From: Ignicoccus islandicus DSM 13165
GTDB lineage: Archaea > Thermoproteota > Thermoprotei_A > Sulfolobales > Ignicoccaceae
Assembly: GCF_001481685.1 (NCBI RefSeq)
Contig: NZ_CP006867.1
Coordinates: 210,001 to 242,000 of the forward strand
Length of the DNA: 32,000 nt
Direction of reading: 5' to 3'
Shown here piece after piece: positions 17,433 to 27,752 of the stretch (positions within the stretch are counted from its first letter, which is position 1; each line of letters opens with the position of its first letter). The notes below the pieces were generated by a model, which searched no databases, had not been told where the DNA came from, and worked only from the letters and a program-made list of their open reading frames with translations. The translations under genes and the position numbers were made by a program.

Positions 17433-18920
17433 TTGATTTACGTAACGCCCACGCAGATGAAGATAGTTGAGCTGATAGTTGAGAAAGGTATAATGGATAT
17501 TGATGAGATAGCCAAGGAATTGGGTAAGAAGAGAGAGGACTTAATGAGGGAACTAGCGGAGCTACAAAGAGTTGAATTAGTTGAAGTTGTAACTAGGACC
17601 AAGAAGCTAGCCAAGCTTAACGATAAGGGAGTTATCTACTTGAAGAGACCTCTTCCCGAGGAGGTCGTTCTAGAACTTTTAGAGAAGGGGGACGTTCCAA
17701 TAAGTCAGCTCAAAGACAAGCTGGAAAAAGACGAGATATCAGCTGCTTTAGGTAAGCTAAAGGCGTTCAAAGTTGTAAAGATGGAAAAGGGCGTTTTAAG
17801 GAAAGCTGGCGATGATAAGGAGCTTCGGGAGTATATAAAGAGATTGAAGGAGTGCATTTCGAAGTACAGATTTCCATCTGAACCAGACGACTGCTTCAAG
17901 CTATTGAAGGAAAGGGGATTCGTCGAAACTGAGCAGAGGAAGATAATTGAAATTAAGCCTACCAATAAGTTGATCGAACTTTGGAACCAAGGCAAATTGG
18001 TTGAGAAGGAAGTTGTTACCAAGCTAACTAGCGAAATGATAACTTCTGGTAAGTGGAAGGAGATAACGTTAAAGAAGTTTGACTTAACTATAGAAATGCC
18101 TTCCGCAAGGGGAGGCAAGAGGCACCCGCTAACGGAGCTTTACGACCACGTAAGGGAAGTGTTAATCTCAATGGGTTTCGAAGAAGCTTCGGGGAACTTC
18201 GTTGAGCACGCGTTATGGAACTTCGACGTCCTCCTAGTCCCCCAGTACCACCCGGCCCGCTACGAAACGGACGTCTTCTACGTAGAAAACGCCGAACTTC
18301 CTCGACCCCCAGAGGACGTTATAGAAAGAGCCAAGGCCGTTCATGAAAGGCTATATAGATACAAGTGGGAGGCCCGTGAAGCCCTTAGATTGCTCTTGAG
18401 AACCCATACCACGGCCGTCTCCGCTCATCAAATGTATGAGAGGGGCGATGGAGAGTACAAGGTATTTTCGTTAGATAGGGTATTCAGGTCCGAGACGCTC
18501 GATCAGACTCACTCAATGGAATTCCACCAGCTGGAAGGAATAGTCGTCGGGAGGAACGTGAAGTTCAACCACTTACTTGGTTTCTTCAAGGAGTTCAGTA
18601 AGAAAATGGGTCTCGGAGAAGTGAAGTTCAAGCCAGCTTACTTCCCCTTTACTGAACCTTCAGTTGAAGGGTTCATTAGACATCCCAAGTTAGGTTGGAT
18701 AGAAGTGTTCCCTGGAGGTATGTTTAGACCGGAGCTATTGGAGGTAGTCGGATTGTCCAAGGACTACAAGGTTATTGCATGGGGAATTGGAATAGATAGG
18801 ATAGCAATGATGCTACTGGACTTGGACGACATAAGGGATCTGTATACCAACGACCTAGTTACTATAAGGTCCCTTAAACAACCCTTGAAGGTGATCTTAG
18901 GTGCCAGTAGTAAGGGTTGA
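17433..18920 (+). CDS. pheS: Phenylalanyl-tRNA synthetase alpha subunit
   Basis: 495 aa; winged-helix N-terminus; 'GGKRHPLTELYDHVREVLISMGFEEA', 'LRTHTTAVSAHQMY', 'KVFSLDRVFRSETLDQTHSMEFHQLEG', 'GIGIDRIAMMLLDLDDIRDLYTNDL'. Confidence 0.97.
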   Translation: MIYVTPTQMKIVELIVEKGIMDIDEIAKELGKKREDLMRELAELQRVELVEVVTRTKKLAKLNDKGVIYLKRPLPEEVVLELLEKGDVPISQLKDKLEKDEISAALGKLKAFKVVKMEKGVLRKAGDDKELREYIKRLKECISKYRFPSEPDDCFKLLKERGFVETEQRKIIEIKPTNKLIELWNQGKLVEKEVVTKLTSEMITSGKWKEITLKKFDLTIEMPSARGGKRHPLTELYDHVREVLISMGFEEASGNFVEHALWNFDVLLVPQYHPARYETDVFYVENAELPRPPEDVIERAKAVHERLYRYKWEAREALRLLLRTHTTAVSAHQMYERGDGEYKVFSLDRVFRSETLDQTHSMEFHQLEGIVVGRNVKFNHLLGFFKEFSKKMGLGEVKFKPAYFPFTEPSVEGFIRHPKLGWIEVFPGGMFRPELLEVVGLSKDYKVIAWGIGIDRIAMMLLDLDDIRDLYTNDLVTIRSLKQPLKVILGASSKG

Positions 18921-20529
18921 CGTCAACGACCTTAGTAGGATCGCTAAGACCGATTTGGACGCCGAGCGAGTTTCCCAAATCCTTCCCGTACTCAAGGGAG
19001 AAGTCGAAAAGGTGGAGGGAGACGAGATAGAATACGAGGCTTCACACGACAGGGCAGACTTGTTCTCCGCAGAAGGGTTGGGGAGGGCCATTGGAATATT
19101 CCTAGGAAGTAGAGGTAACCCCAAGTACAAGGTAGTTGATTCGGAATACGTCCTGGACTTGAGTAAGGCTCCGTCGTACAGACCTTACGCTATGTTGGCT
19201 ATAGTTAGGAACTTAGAGCTAGATAACGAAGCAATTAGGCAAGTATTTCAACTTCAAGAGAAATTGGCTATAAGCTACGGCGTTCATAGAAAGCTCGTTT
19301 CCGTAGGACTTTACGATCTAAAGTACATTAAGGGTAAGGTAATACGCTACCAGACTCTCCCCCAAGGAAAGTACGTCCCCTTGGATTACGAGGTGGAAAT
19401 GACGTTCGAGGAAGTTTTAGAGAAGACGGAGAAGGGAAGGACATACGGTCACTTAATAAAGAAAGGAGAGTATCCCGTATTAGCTGACGAAGAGAACGTT
19501 CTCTCGTTAGTTCCAATATTGAACGCTAACTATAATAAGGTAACTGAAAATACGAGGGACGTGTTGATTGACGTCACTGGTACTGAACCCTATCTGATGG
19601 CTAGGGTATTGGACGTAATGGTTACGTCCTTAATAGAGCGATCTAACGACCCGGTAATCGAAAGGGTTAAGGCCGTTAGGGGGAACGAAGTGCTCTTCGA
19701 GACGCCTGAACTGCCTATCAAGGAAATCGAGCTTACAATGAAGACCGTAAGGGAGTTCGTCGAAGTAAATATCGATTTAGAGAAAGCTAAGGACTTGCTG
19801 AACAAGATGGGGTTAGAAGCGAAGGTAGTTGAAGGAAAGGTAAAGGTCAGTGTACCTCCATATAGAATAGACGTTCACGGGGAGGTCGACTTGATCGAAG
19901 ACTTGATTTCAGCCTATGGCTACAACGAGTTGGAAACCTTAAGGGACAGCGTAGTAGACTACGGAGAACTAACTCCCATGACCAAGCTGGTTAGGTTCGT
20001 CTCGGACAAACTCGTCTCGTTGGGCTTAGTTGAGGTGTTCAACTTCTCTTTAACGAGCTCCGAACTCCTAGAATTGTTAGGTGAGAACAACTTCGTGAAA
20101 ATAGTCAATCCTAGGATGAAGAGTTACGACTCCGTCAGAACGAGCCTAGTTCCCTCGCTGCTCCTTACAGCACTAGAGAACCAGAAGTCCCACTCAAAGT
20201 TCAAGGCATTCGAGGTCGGGGACGTCCTAGTAAACGAAGGGTATACGAGAAGGGAGAAGAGATTGGGGATACTCCTTTACGGAGACTTCACTTTGACTGA
20301 TGCGATATCGCACCTAAACGCGCTCTTCGAGGAACTAGGGCTTAAGGCGAAGTACGTTGAACGAGAAATTCCATACTTCATCCCCGAGAGGAGCGCAAAG
20401 GTCGTAATAGGAAATATAGAGGTAGGTTCGGTTGGAGAAGTGAACCCCCAGATCCTCGTCAGCTTAGGCGTGAAGGCACCGGTAACTATAGCCGAGATAT
20501 CTCTAGATAAGATATTGGAATTATTTTAG
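18901..20529 (+). CDS. pheT: Phenylalanyl-tRNA synthetase beta subunit
   Basis: 542 aa directly overlapping pheS; 'HDRADLFSAEGLGRAIGIFLG', 'PPYRIDVHGEVDLIEDLISAYGYNEL', 'GSVGEVNPQIL'. Confidence 0.96.
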   Translation: MPVVRVDVNDLSRIAKTDLDAERVSQILPVLKGEVEKVEGDEIEYEASHDRADLFSAEGLGRAIGIFLGSRGNPKYKVVDSEYVLDLSKAPSYRPYAMLAIVRNLELDNEAIRQVFQLQEKLAISYGVHRKLVSVGLYDLKYIKGKVIRYQTLPQGKYVPLDYEVEMTFEEVLEKTEKGRTYGHLIKKGEYPVLADEENVLSLVPILNANYNKVTENTRDVLIDVTGTEPYLMARVLDVMVTSLIERSNDPVIERVKAVRGNEVLFETPELPIKEIELTMKTVREFVEVNIDLEKAKDLLNKMGLEAKVVEGKVKVSVPPYRIDVHGEVDLIEDLISAYGYNELETLRDSVVDYGELTPMTKLVRFVSDKLVSLGLVEVFNFSLTSSELLELLGENNFVKIVNPRMKSYDSVRTSLVPSLLLTALENQKSHSKFKAFEVGDVLVNEGYTRREKRLGILLYGDFTLTDAISHLNALFEELGLKAKYVEREIPYFIPERSAKVVIGNIEVGSVGEVNPQILVSLGVKAPVTIAEISLDKILELF

Positions 20530-20585
20530 ACTGTCGTCTAAACACCGTTTAAGAAAATGTCTTAAGTTGTCCTCTAAAGAGCTCC

Positions 20586-21644
20586 GTGGGTGAACGTATC
20601 TCGTCAGTCGGAATTTCCGGTTGGGGCGCTTACGTACCTATTTATAGAATAAGAGGAGAGGAAATAGCTGAACATTGGGAAGGCGATCCTTCCGTTCCGT
20701 TAGGCCTAGGCGTGCCGGAGAAGTCTGTAGCGGGAATAGATGAGGACAACATTACTATGGCGTGGGAAGCGGCGAAGAACGCGCTAACTAGGTCTCAAAT
20801 AGCTCCAAGCGAAATAGGCATGGTATTCATTGGTTCTGAATCGAAACCATATGCTGTAAAACCGTCTGCTGTTGTAATTGCAGAGGCGCTGGGAATAACC
20901 CCCCATACCATGGCAATAGACGCCGAATTCGCGTGTAGAGCTGGAAGCGAGGGCTTGAGGCACGCCTTTTCAATGGTTAACGAGGGAGCTATCGAAGCCG
21001 CTTTAATAATTGGGAGCGATACTGCCCAAGGAGCTCCAGGAGACGTCTTGGAATACACAGCTGCTTCCGGTGCGGCTGCATTCGTTGTTTCTAAAAAGAA
21101 CGTAGTTGCGAAGCTACTGGACGCGGTCACGTACGTTACAGATACGCCCGATTTCTGGAGGAGGGAGCTTTCTCCATACCCTAGACATGGCGAAGGGTTC
21201 ACCGGGGAACCGGCTTACTTCCATCACTTAACCTCCGCTATAAGGGAGTTAATGGAGAGGAACGGCTTGAGTCCCAATGACGTGACCTACTTCGTTCCGC
21301 ACCAACCAAACGCGAGGTTTCCTCTGAAGTTAGCGTCCAAATTAGGCTTCCCAAAAGAGAAGGTCCTCCCAGCGCTAACCACTGCGAAGATAGGTAATAC
21401 GTACAACGCTTCTGCCTTCATAGGAATGACTAGGATACTAGATATGGCCAAGCCCGGAGAGATCGTTCTCATGGCACCCTTCGGCTCAGGAGCCGGTGCC
21501 GATGCGTACTTATTCGAAATTACTGATAGGGTAGAAGAGGTTTCCGGGCTAGCGCCTCCAACTGATTCATATATAGAAAGAAAGGTCTACATAGGATACG
21601 GTAGGTACTTGAAGTTCAGGAATAAGATAAAGAGGTTGATATGA
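20586..21644 (+). CDS. Hydroxymethylglutaryl-CoA synthase (archaeal)
   Basis: 352 aa GTG-start ORF; 'VGISGWGAYVPIYRIR', 'AIDAEFACRAGSEGLRHAFSMV' (active-site Cys), 'YFVPHQPNARFPLKLASKLGF'. Confidence 0.95.
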   Translation: MGERISSVGISGWGAYVPIYRIRGEEIAEHWEGDPSVPLGLGVPEKSVAGIDEDNITMAWEAAKNALTRSQIAPSEIGMVFIGSESKPYAVKPSAVVIAEALGITPHTMAIDAEFACRAGSEGLRHAFSMVNEGAIEAALIIGSDTAQGAPGDVLEYTAASGAAAFVVSKKNVVAKLLDAVTYVTDTPDFWRRELSPYPRHGEGFTGEPAYFHHLTSAIRELMERNGLSPNDVTYFVPHQPNARFPLKLASKLGFPKEKVLPALTTAKIGNTYNASAFIGMTRILDMAKPGEIVLMAPFGSGAGADAYLFEITDRVEEVSGLAPPTDSYIERKVYIGYGRYLKFRNKIKRLI

Positions 21645-22711
21645 TGTACGTATGCGACGTCGCAGTTAGACCAATAGGCAGAGAATATTCGAAGAGCACA
21701 CTGGACATGGCCCTCGAAGTTTCGTCGAAAGTAATTGACTCTTGCGGCGAGCCAGAAGCAATAGTTTTCTCGACCTACGCGTCTACGTTCCAGGAGAAGT
21801 TCGGGAATATAGCATTCGCTCTGGCGGAAGCTCTAGGTTTGGATGCGGAAACGTACGAAGTTAGGGCCGGTGATGGTAGCGGTGGCGCGGCCATTGCGGT
21901 AGGCACCAAGCTAGTAAAGGCTGGATTCAAGAAAGTGCTCGTAGTTGGCGCCGATAAGACTAACGACTTCCACTCGAAGCACGCCGTGTCCCATCTAAGG
22001 ACCCTAATTCAACCCTACGAGACCATTTACGGCTTGACTTACTCCGCCGTTCACGCTTTGGCTGCTAAACTTTACATGAAGAAGTACGGCGTCTCCCACG
22101 AGGACTTGCTGCAGTGGGCCGTCCTAATGCACGATCACGCCACCGAGGTCCCACACGCGCAATTGAAGTTTCAGATAAACTTGAAGAAGGCACTAAACGG
22201 TACTATCGTTTCGGAACCACTTAATTTGTTCGATTCGCATCCGTTTAGCGATGGAGCCGCTGCAGTAATGATAACGTCCGAAAGCGCTCCGGTGAAAATA
22301 GAGACTGCCTCGGCCACCCACGTCCTATCTGTCTCTAAGCGAGATCTAACCTTCATGTATTCCACTAAGAAGGCAATTGAAAGGCTTGGCGTAGACGTTG
22401 AGTCCATTGAAGGTTTCGAGGTCTACGACCCGTTCTCAATAGCTGGTATAATAGCCTTGGAGTCCTTGGGACTGGCCGAGAGGGGCGAGGGACTAAAGGT
22501 TCTAGACGAGATGCCGAACGCGATAAATCCCTCTGGCGGCTTGAAGGCCAGAGGTCACCCAATCGGTGCAACTGGAGTATATCAAGTAGCGGAGGGGTTC
22601 TTGGCCGTAACGGAGGGGTTAGGCAAATTAGGTAAAGTATCAACCTTCCTAACTCACGCAACGAATTTGTTTGGTGCTTCAACGTACTTAACTTTACTGA
22701 AGGAGGTGTGA
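21641..22711 (+). CDS. Acetyl-CoA acetyltransferase/thiolase-family protein (archaeal HMG-CoA synthase-associated)
   Basis: 356 aa, overlaps HMG-CoA synthase by 4 nt; 'GDGSGGAAIAVGTKLVKAGFKKVLVVGADK', 'GGLKARGHPIGATGVYQVAE'. Confidence 0.93.
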   Translation: MMYVCDVAVRPIGREYSKSTLDMALEVSSKVIDSCGEPEAIVFSTYASTFQEKFGNIAFALAEALGLDAETYEVRAGDGSGGAAIAVGTKLVKAGFKKVLVVGADKTNDFHSKHAVSHLRTLIQPYETIYGLTYSAVHALAAKLYMKKYGVSHEDLLQWAVLMHDHATEVPHAQLKFQINLKKALNGTIVSEPLNLFDSHPFSDGAAAVMITSESAPVKIETASATHVLSVSKRDLTFMYSTKKAIERLGVDVESIEGFEVYDPFSIAGIIALESLGLAERGEGLKVLDEMPNAINPSGGLKARGHPIGATGVYQVAEGFLAVTEGLGKLGKVSTFLTHATNLFGASTYLTLLKEV

Positions 22712-22715
22712 AGGT

Positions 22716-23114
22716 ATGGACGTGAGTCCCGCGAGATTATGGAGGGAAAAGGAGTTCGCCTACAAACTATCAGTCTTAAAATGTGAGAAATGTGGATGGA
22801 CGTACGTTGGTAACCTAGAGAAGTGTCCTAAGTGCGGCTCCCCCCTAAGGAGGGTCCAAATGCCCAAGAAAGGGAAAGTGATCTCTTGGACCAAGCTAGT
22901 CCAAGTACCGGAGGAGCTAGAGGACTTCGCGCCGATATATTTGGCCCTAATAGAATTGGAAGACGGTAGTACTGTAGTGAGTCGCTTAGTTGACGTTATC
23001 GGCGAACCCACCGATGGCATGGAGGTTGAGGCCGTCTTGAGGAGGCTTAGGGTGGATGGGGTTTCGGGGTTAATTGAATACGGCTTGGTCTTTAGACCAG
23101 TCTTGAATAGATAG
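22716..23114 (+). CDS. DUF35 zinc-ribbon/OB-fold protein of the thiolase/HMG-CoA synthase complex
   Basis: 132 aa; 'CEKCGWTYVGNLEKCPKCGSPL' rubredoxin-like ribbon followed by an OB-like segment; third gene of a known archaeal trio. Confidence 0.93.
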   Translation: MDVSPARLWREKEFAYKLSVLKCEKCGWTYVGNLEKCPKCGSPLRRVQMPKKGKVISWTKLVQVPEELEDFAPIYLALIELEDGSTVVSRLVDVIGEPTDGMEVEAVLRRLRVDGVSGLIEYGLVFRPVLNR

Positions 23115-24005
23115 GACCTTTTTGAGCACTTCCCAAGAGCTCGAAGCGTAAGAATAGTTAACCGCTTCCGGGACGTCTAGATCCGAATGATATATTTCGA
23201 AGAGCTTCTCCCAATCGGACGTTATTCCGACTGCCTTACTCAAGAAGTTCTCGTTACGAAACGGGAGTAACTCCCTCAAGTCCTCTAGATTCCTGGTAAC
23301 AATAGGTTCGCTCAAACCTATCGAGTCGTACGCAACTATTACTTCCGATCTCTCTAGTACGTCTTTAAACTCGTTTTCGAGGTGTCGGAAACCGTAACCC
23401 CAGTATATGGGCCACTCGTCCGAGAGCTCATCGGGGGCTGAAAAGACAATGAGGTTCTTAGAGAGATCTATTTCCGTTATTCTCTCTAAGGTAATTGCGA
23501 CCGCTGCCCCGTTGTCCACGGAGCCTCCTCCGAAGGAATCGTAGTGAATGAAGACTGTTCCAACCGGGTCCTCGAGGTTGCCGACGAGCACTTCCGTGAA
23601 GGGGTACTCCTTCCAAGTCACTTCTATCTCTCCGCCCGAACCCTCCCAAACTTTCCGAACGTCCTTACGCGAAACAGTTATTGAGGGAACCTTGGTGTAC
23701 AGCGCAGTAGATATTGAGGGGCACTTAGAGTTGTAAAGGAACGCCGCTTCGCTAGGTATCTCGTCCCGTTTGAAGAGCTCGTATGTATCGAACGCTACCG
23801 GTTCGACCGAGCCGCTTTCGAATCCCGTCGGTTTGCAAGGAACCCTTTCATCGAATACCTCGCATTTCAGATACACTGGTAAGCGGACCTTGCCCGTTAC
23901 TTCGTAGTACGAAACACCCCTCTTAGAGAGCTCTTCCTTGATGAACTCGGCCGTCTTTTCAATGTTCTCGTAAAGCCTGGGGCTGAGGTCGTAAAGTTTC
24001 CTCAA
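23070..24005 (-). CDS. M28-like zinc peptidase family protein
   Basis: 311 aa; 'GTVFIHYDSFGGGSVDNGAAVAITLERI' and 'LIVFSAPDELSDEWPIYWGYGFRHLE' resemble M28 metal-ligand regions, somewhat diverged. Confidence 0.6.
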   Translation of the reverse strand: MRKLYDLSPRLYENIEKTAEFIKEELSKRGVSYYEVTGKVRLPVYLKCEVFDERVPCKPTGFESGSVEPVAFDTYELFKRDEIPSEAAFLYNSKCPSISTALYTKVPSITVSRKDVRKVWEGSGGEIEVTWKEYPFTEVLVGNLEDPVGTVFIHYDSFGGGSVDNGAAVAITLERITEIDLSKNLIVFSAPDELSDEWPIYWGYGFRHLENEFKDVLERSEVIVAYDSIGLSEPIVTRNLEDLRELLPFRNENFLSKAVGITSDWEKLFEIYHSDLDVPEAVNYSYASSSWEVLKKVLSIQDWSKDQAVFN

Positions 24006-24104
24006 GTACTCAATGAACGAGAAGATCTCACCTGCTAGTTACCGGTTTCTTATTCCTTTATAAAGCTGTGAATGCGGGCTAGATTCTGAAAGGGTAACAG
24101 TGAG

Positions 24105-27100
24105 TTGAAAGCGATATACAGAGATGGCTGCCCGGTCTGCGGCGGAGCCATAAGCTCGGACAGACTAGCCAAGGGGTTACCTTGCGAGAGGTGTTTACCG
24201 GAGGAAGTGCCACGCGACAGGCTTAAGGAGATGAACTTAGGAGGTCCGCTAGGACAATATTTTAAAATTGAGAAAGAAGTCGAGGAAGCGGAAAGGGTTT
24301 TCCATGAAGTAACTAAGAGCGTGTTCTGGTCCGCCCAAAGGGCTTGGTTGATAAGGGCCCTTAGGGGGGAGAGTTTCTCCATAGTGGCACCAACGGGAAT
24401 GGGTAAGAGCACTTTCGGCGCGCTAGTTTCAGTACTCTTTGCAAAGAAGTTCGGTAAGAGTTACGTGATATTGCCTACAACGCCCCTAGTTGAAATGATG
24501 TACAAGAAGGCTAAGCCCTTCGCCGACATCCTAGGCGTCGAGGTAGTTAAGATCCATTCTAAGATGAGCAAGGGGGAGAGGAAGGAAGCGCTCGAAAAGT
24601 TCGAGAAAGGGGAATTCGGAGTTCTAATAACCACTTCGCGATTTATGATAAATAAATTGGATGAGCTAACCAAGTTCAAGTTCTCATTAATATTTGTAGA
24701 TGACGTTGACTCCGTTCTGAAGAGCAACAAGAACGTGGACAGAATACTCCAATTGCTGGGTTTGAATGAAGAAGATCTCAAAGAGCTCTGGAACATAGTC
24801 AATAAAGAAAAGAGAATAATGAGGTATTTGCTTAACACAAACGATCCGGAGAAGAGGCTCTCTTTCTTAGAAGAGCTCGAAGAGATCGAAGAGCGAGTTA
24901 AGGAATTGAGGATGAAGGTTAACGGTATACTGATCTTCAGTTCGGCTACGGGCAAGGTGAGAACCAACAGGATCGCCATGGTTAGGAAGCTCTTGAATTT
25001 CGAACCAGGAGGAACGAGCGAAGGCGTTAGGAACGTAATAGACAGCTATACCCGAGAGGGTTTCGTTAAGGTCGTTAAGGCACTGGGTAAGGGAGGTCTG
25101 GTCTTCGTTCCAGCCGACAAAGGCCTCTCCTTCGCTGAAGAGGTAGCTAGGAAGCTGAAAGAGAACGGGGTCTCGGCGGAGGTCGTTTCATCGGAGAGGG
25201 TAAACGTAATTGAAGCCTTTGAGAGGGGAGAGGTTAGCGTATTAGTGGGCGTCGCTACGCATTACGGCGTTCTCACCCGCGGAATTGACCTACCCCACGT
25301 GATTAGGTACGCCGTTTTCGTTGGCGTGCCGAGGCTTAAGTTCAAGTTGAAGATGGACGAGCCCGTTCCTAGAGCTATTGTTAACGTCTTGAGAATTGCA
25401 GTTGAGGTCGGCTTCGAGGAATACGCAAAGATATACAAGGAGTTAGCGAAGAGGTACAGGAGCTTGACCCAACAAGCGGTCGAAATGCTCAAAGAGAGAT
25501 TGATGAATGGAATAGTCGAAACGGACTTAGAGAAGCTGTTCATGAAAGGGTTTGAAATAATTAGGAACCTAGCCTCTAAGCCAGAGTTCGTTGAGAGGGT
25601 CAGGCGAAGCGGGTTCTACGAGATAGTAGAGGAGGGCGGGGAGCTCTACTTGCTCGTACCTGACTCCGCGACTTACCTCCAAGCTTCCGGGAGGACCTCT
25701 AGGCTGTACGCGGGCGGAGTAACCAAGGGTTTGTCAGTAGTAATTGTGGATAGCGAGCATTTGTTCAATGGACTGAAGAAGAGGTTGAGGTGGGTAATTG
25801 AAAATTGGTACCCGTTCGAGCAACTCGATCTAGGGGAGTTGCTGAAAGAGATCGACGAGGACAGGAGAAAGGTCCTTAAAGTGCTTAGAGGTGAACTAAG
25901 TACCAACGAGATAAGGAACCTATTGAAAACCTCCCTCCTAATTGTCGAGTCTCCAAATAAAGCTAGAACTATTACCAACTTCTTTGGTAGGCCTTCAATT
26001 AGGACCGTCAAGGGAGTAAGGGTATACGAGATAGGGCTCGGCAACAGGATACTCTACGTGACGGCTTCGGGTGGTCACACGAACGACCTAGTCAGCGATA
26101 GCGATCCCCTTTGCATTATGGAAGGCGGAAACTGTTTGTACTATGGAATAGAAGAAAACGGAACCCAACACCTAACGAGCATCAAGAGGTGTATGGTCTG
26201 TGGAACTCAATTCTCTGAAGAGATAAATAGATGTGTTCGTTGTGGATCTAAGTACTTGAAGAACTCAAAGGAAGTCATAGAGGGCTTGAGACTCCTGGCC
26301 GAAGAAGTAGATGAGGTTCTAATAGGAACGGACCCTGATACCGAAGGTGAGAAAATAGGTTGGGACGTAGCGAACCTGGTTAATCCCTTTGCAAAGAAGG
26401 TTCTAAGGGTAGAGTTCCACGAGGTCACTAAGCGGGCCTTGTTGGAGGCTATAGACAATCCCAGACCCTTTAACTTCAACTTAGTCGGTTCCCAAATGCT
26501 CAGAAGGGCCGAAGACAGGCTCATAGGCTTCACTTTGAGTCCAAAGCTATGGTTCGATTTATGGCCTAGGTACACCAATACTCCAGTAGCTTGTAAGATA
26601 TCGAGGAACTTGTCTGCCGGTAGGGTGCAAACGCCCGTCCTCGGATGGGTAATCAAGAGGTACGAGGAATACAAGAGGTCCAGGAAGAAGTTCTACATAG
26701 TGAGCTACGGGGAAGGATGGAGGGAAACCTTCCCCGAGGACTCCTTCGGATTGAAGCCTACGAGGAAAGACGTGGAAAGGAGCACGGTAGTAGTGAAATA
26801 CATCGAAAGGTGGGAAGAGACCGTGCCTCCTAGGCCTCCTTTTACCACCGACAGTTTATTGGAGGAAGCTAACGAGGTCTTGAGGTTAAGCGCAGATCAG
26901 ACGATGAAGCTGGCGCAAGACTTGTTCGAAATGGGTTTCATTACATACCATAGAACCGATTCGGTAAGGGTTTCGGACGTTGGAATTGCCTTGGCCAAGG
27001 AGTGGATAGCCCAAAACTTCGGCGAAGAGCTCTTCGTTCCAAGAAGATGGGGCCAAGGCGGAGCTCACGAAGCCATAAGGCCTACCAGGCCAATAGACGC

Positions 27101-27752
27101 AGATGAATTGAAGTTAATGATAGAAGAGGGTACAATTACAACTGCGAAGCCCTTGACGAACAAACACTTGCAGTTGTACGACCTTATATTTAGGAGGTTC
27201 ATGGCCAGCCAAATGAGGGAGGCTAAGGTTAGGAAGCTTAAATTAGAAATAAGCCTCGAAGAGTTAGAAGCTATAATAACAAAGGATTTAGTTGAAGAGA
27301 TTGTTGAAGCGGGGTGGACGTTAGTGTATCCTAGGATTAAGGTAGAGGTGCCTCCGCCGGAAGGCAGTTACAGCGTGAAGGAAGTAATAGTGAGGAGTTG
27401 GAACACGGTGCCGCTGTATTCTCAAGCCGACCTAATTAGGTTAATGAAAGAGAGAGGTCTCGGTAGGCCTAGTACGTATGCAAAAATAGTTAGCACGTTA
27501 ATGGAGAGGAAGTACGTTATTGAAAGCCCGAAGCAGAGGAAGCTCATTCCGACCAAGAAGGGAATGAGCGTGTACTTTTACTTAACTGAGAACTATTCCG
27601 ACTTGGTAAGCGAGGAGAGGACGAGGAAGCTGGAAGAGCTAATGGACGCAATATCGGAGGGTAAGGCCAGTTACGATAAGGTAGTGAGAAGCGTGATCGA
27701 AGAAGTTAAATGGATACCGATAAAAGGGAGTCCGTTAAGCAACTCTCTCTAA
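24105..27752 (+). CDS. rgy: Reverse gyrase (helicase plus topoisomerase IA fusion)
   Basis: 1215 aa; N-terminal zinc finger 'CPVCGG...CERC', Walker A 'APTGMGKSTFG', Walker B 'VDDVDS', 'VESPNKARTITNFFGRPS', 'CMVCGTQF...CVRCGS', catalytic Tyr 'GFITYHRTDSVRVS'. Likely TATA-like TTTATAAAG around 24056. Confidence 0.98.
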   Translation: MKAIYRDGCPVCGGAISSDRLAKGLPCERCLPEEVPRDRLKEMNLGGPLGQYFKIEKEVEEAERVFHEVTKSVFWSAQRAWLIRALRGESFSIVAPTGMGKSTFGALVSVLFAKKFGKSYVILPTTPLVEMMYKKAKPFADILGVEVVKIHSKMSKGERKEALEKFEKGEFGVLITTSRFMINKLDELTKFKFSLIFVDDVDSVLKSNKNVDRILQLLGLNEEDLKELWNIVNKEKRIMRYLLNTNDPEKRLSFLEELEEIEERVKELRMKVNGILIFSSATGKVRTNRIAMVRKLLNFEPGGTSEGVRNVIDSYTREGFVKVVKALGKGGLVFVPADKGLSFAEEVARKLKENGVSAEVVSSERVNVIEAFERGEVSVLVGVATHYGVLTRGIDLPHVIRYAVFVGVPRLKFKLKMDEPVPRAIVNVLRIAVEVGFEEYAKIYKELAKRYRSLTQQAVEMLKERLMNGIVETDLEKLFMKGFEIIRNLASKPEFVERVRRSGFYEIVEEGGELYLLVPDSATYLQASGRTSRLYAGGVTKGLSVVIVDSEHLFNGLKKRLRWVIENWYPFEQLDLGELLKEIDEDRRKVLKVLRGELSTNEIRNLLKTSLLIVESPNKARTITNFFGRPSIRTVKGVRVYEIGLGNRILYVTASGGHTNDLVSDSDPLCIMEGGNCLYYGIEENGTQHLTSIKRCMVCGTQFSEEINRCVRCGSKYLKNSKEVIEGLRLLAEEVDEVLIGTDPDTEGEKIGWDVANLVNPFAKKVLRVEFHEVTKRALLEAIDNPRPFNFNLVGSQMLRRAEDRLIGFTLSPKLWFDLWPRYTNTPVACKISRNLSAGRVQTPVLGWVIKRYEEYKRSRKKFYIVSYGEGWRETFPEDSFGLKPTRKDVERSTVVVKYIERWEETVPPRPPFTTDSLLEEANEVLRLSADQTMKLAQDLFEMGFITYHRTDSVRVSDVGIALAKEWIAQNFGEELFVPRRWGQGGAHEAIRPTRPIDADELKLMIEEGTITTAKPLTNKHLQLYDLIFRRFMASQMREAKVRKLKLEISLEELEAIITKDLVEEIVEAGWTLVYPRIKVEVPPPEGSYSVKEVIVRSWNTVPLYSQADLIRLMKERGLGRPSTYAKIVSTLMERKYVIESPKQRKLIPTKKGMSVYFYLTENYSDLVSEERTRKLEELMDAISEGKASYDKVVRSVIEEVKWIPIKGSPLSNSL

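Noticed and set aside
24461-26674. Several minus-strand ORFs inside reverse gyrase (24461..24979, 25262..25543, 25673..26044, 26207..26674)
   Set aside because: Shadow ORFs of a full-length, motif-complete reverse gyrase.
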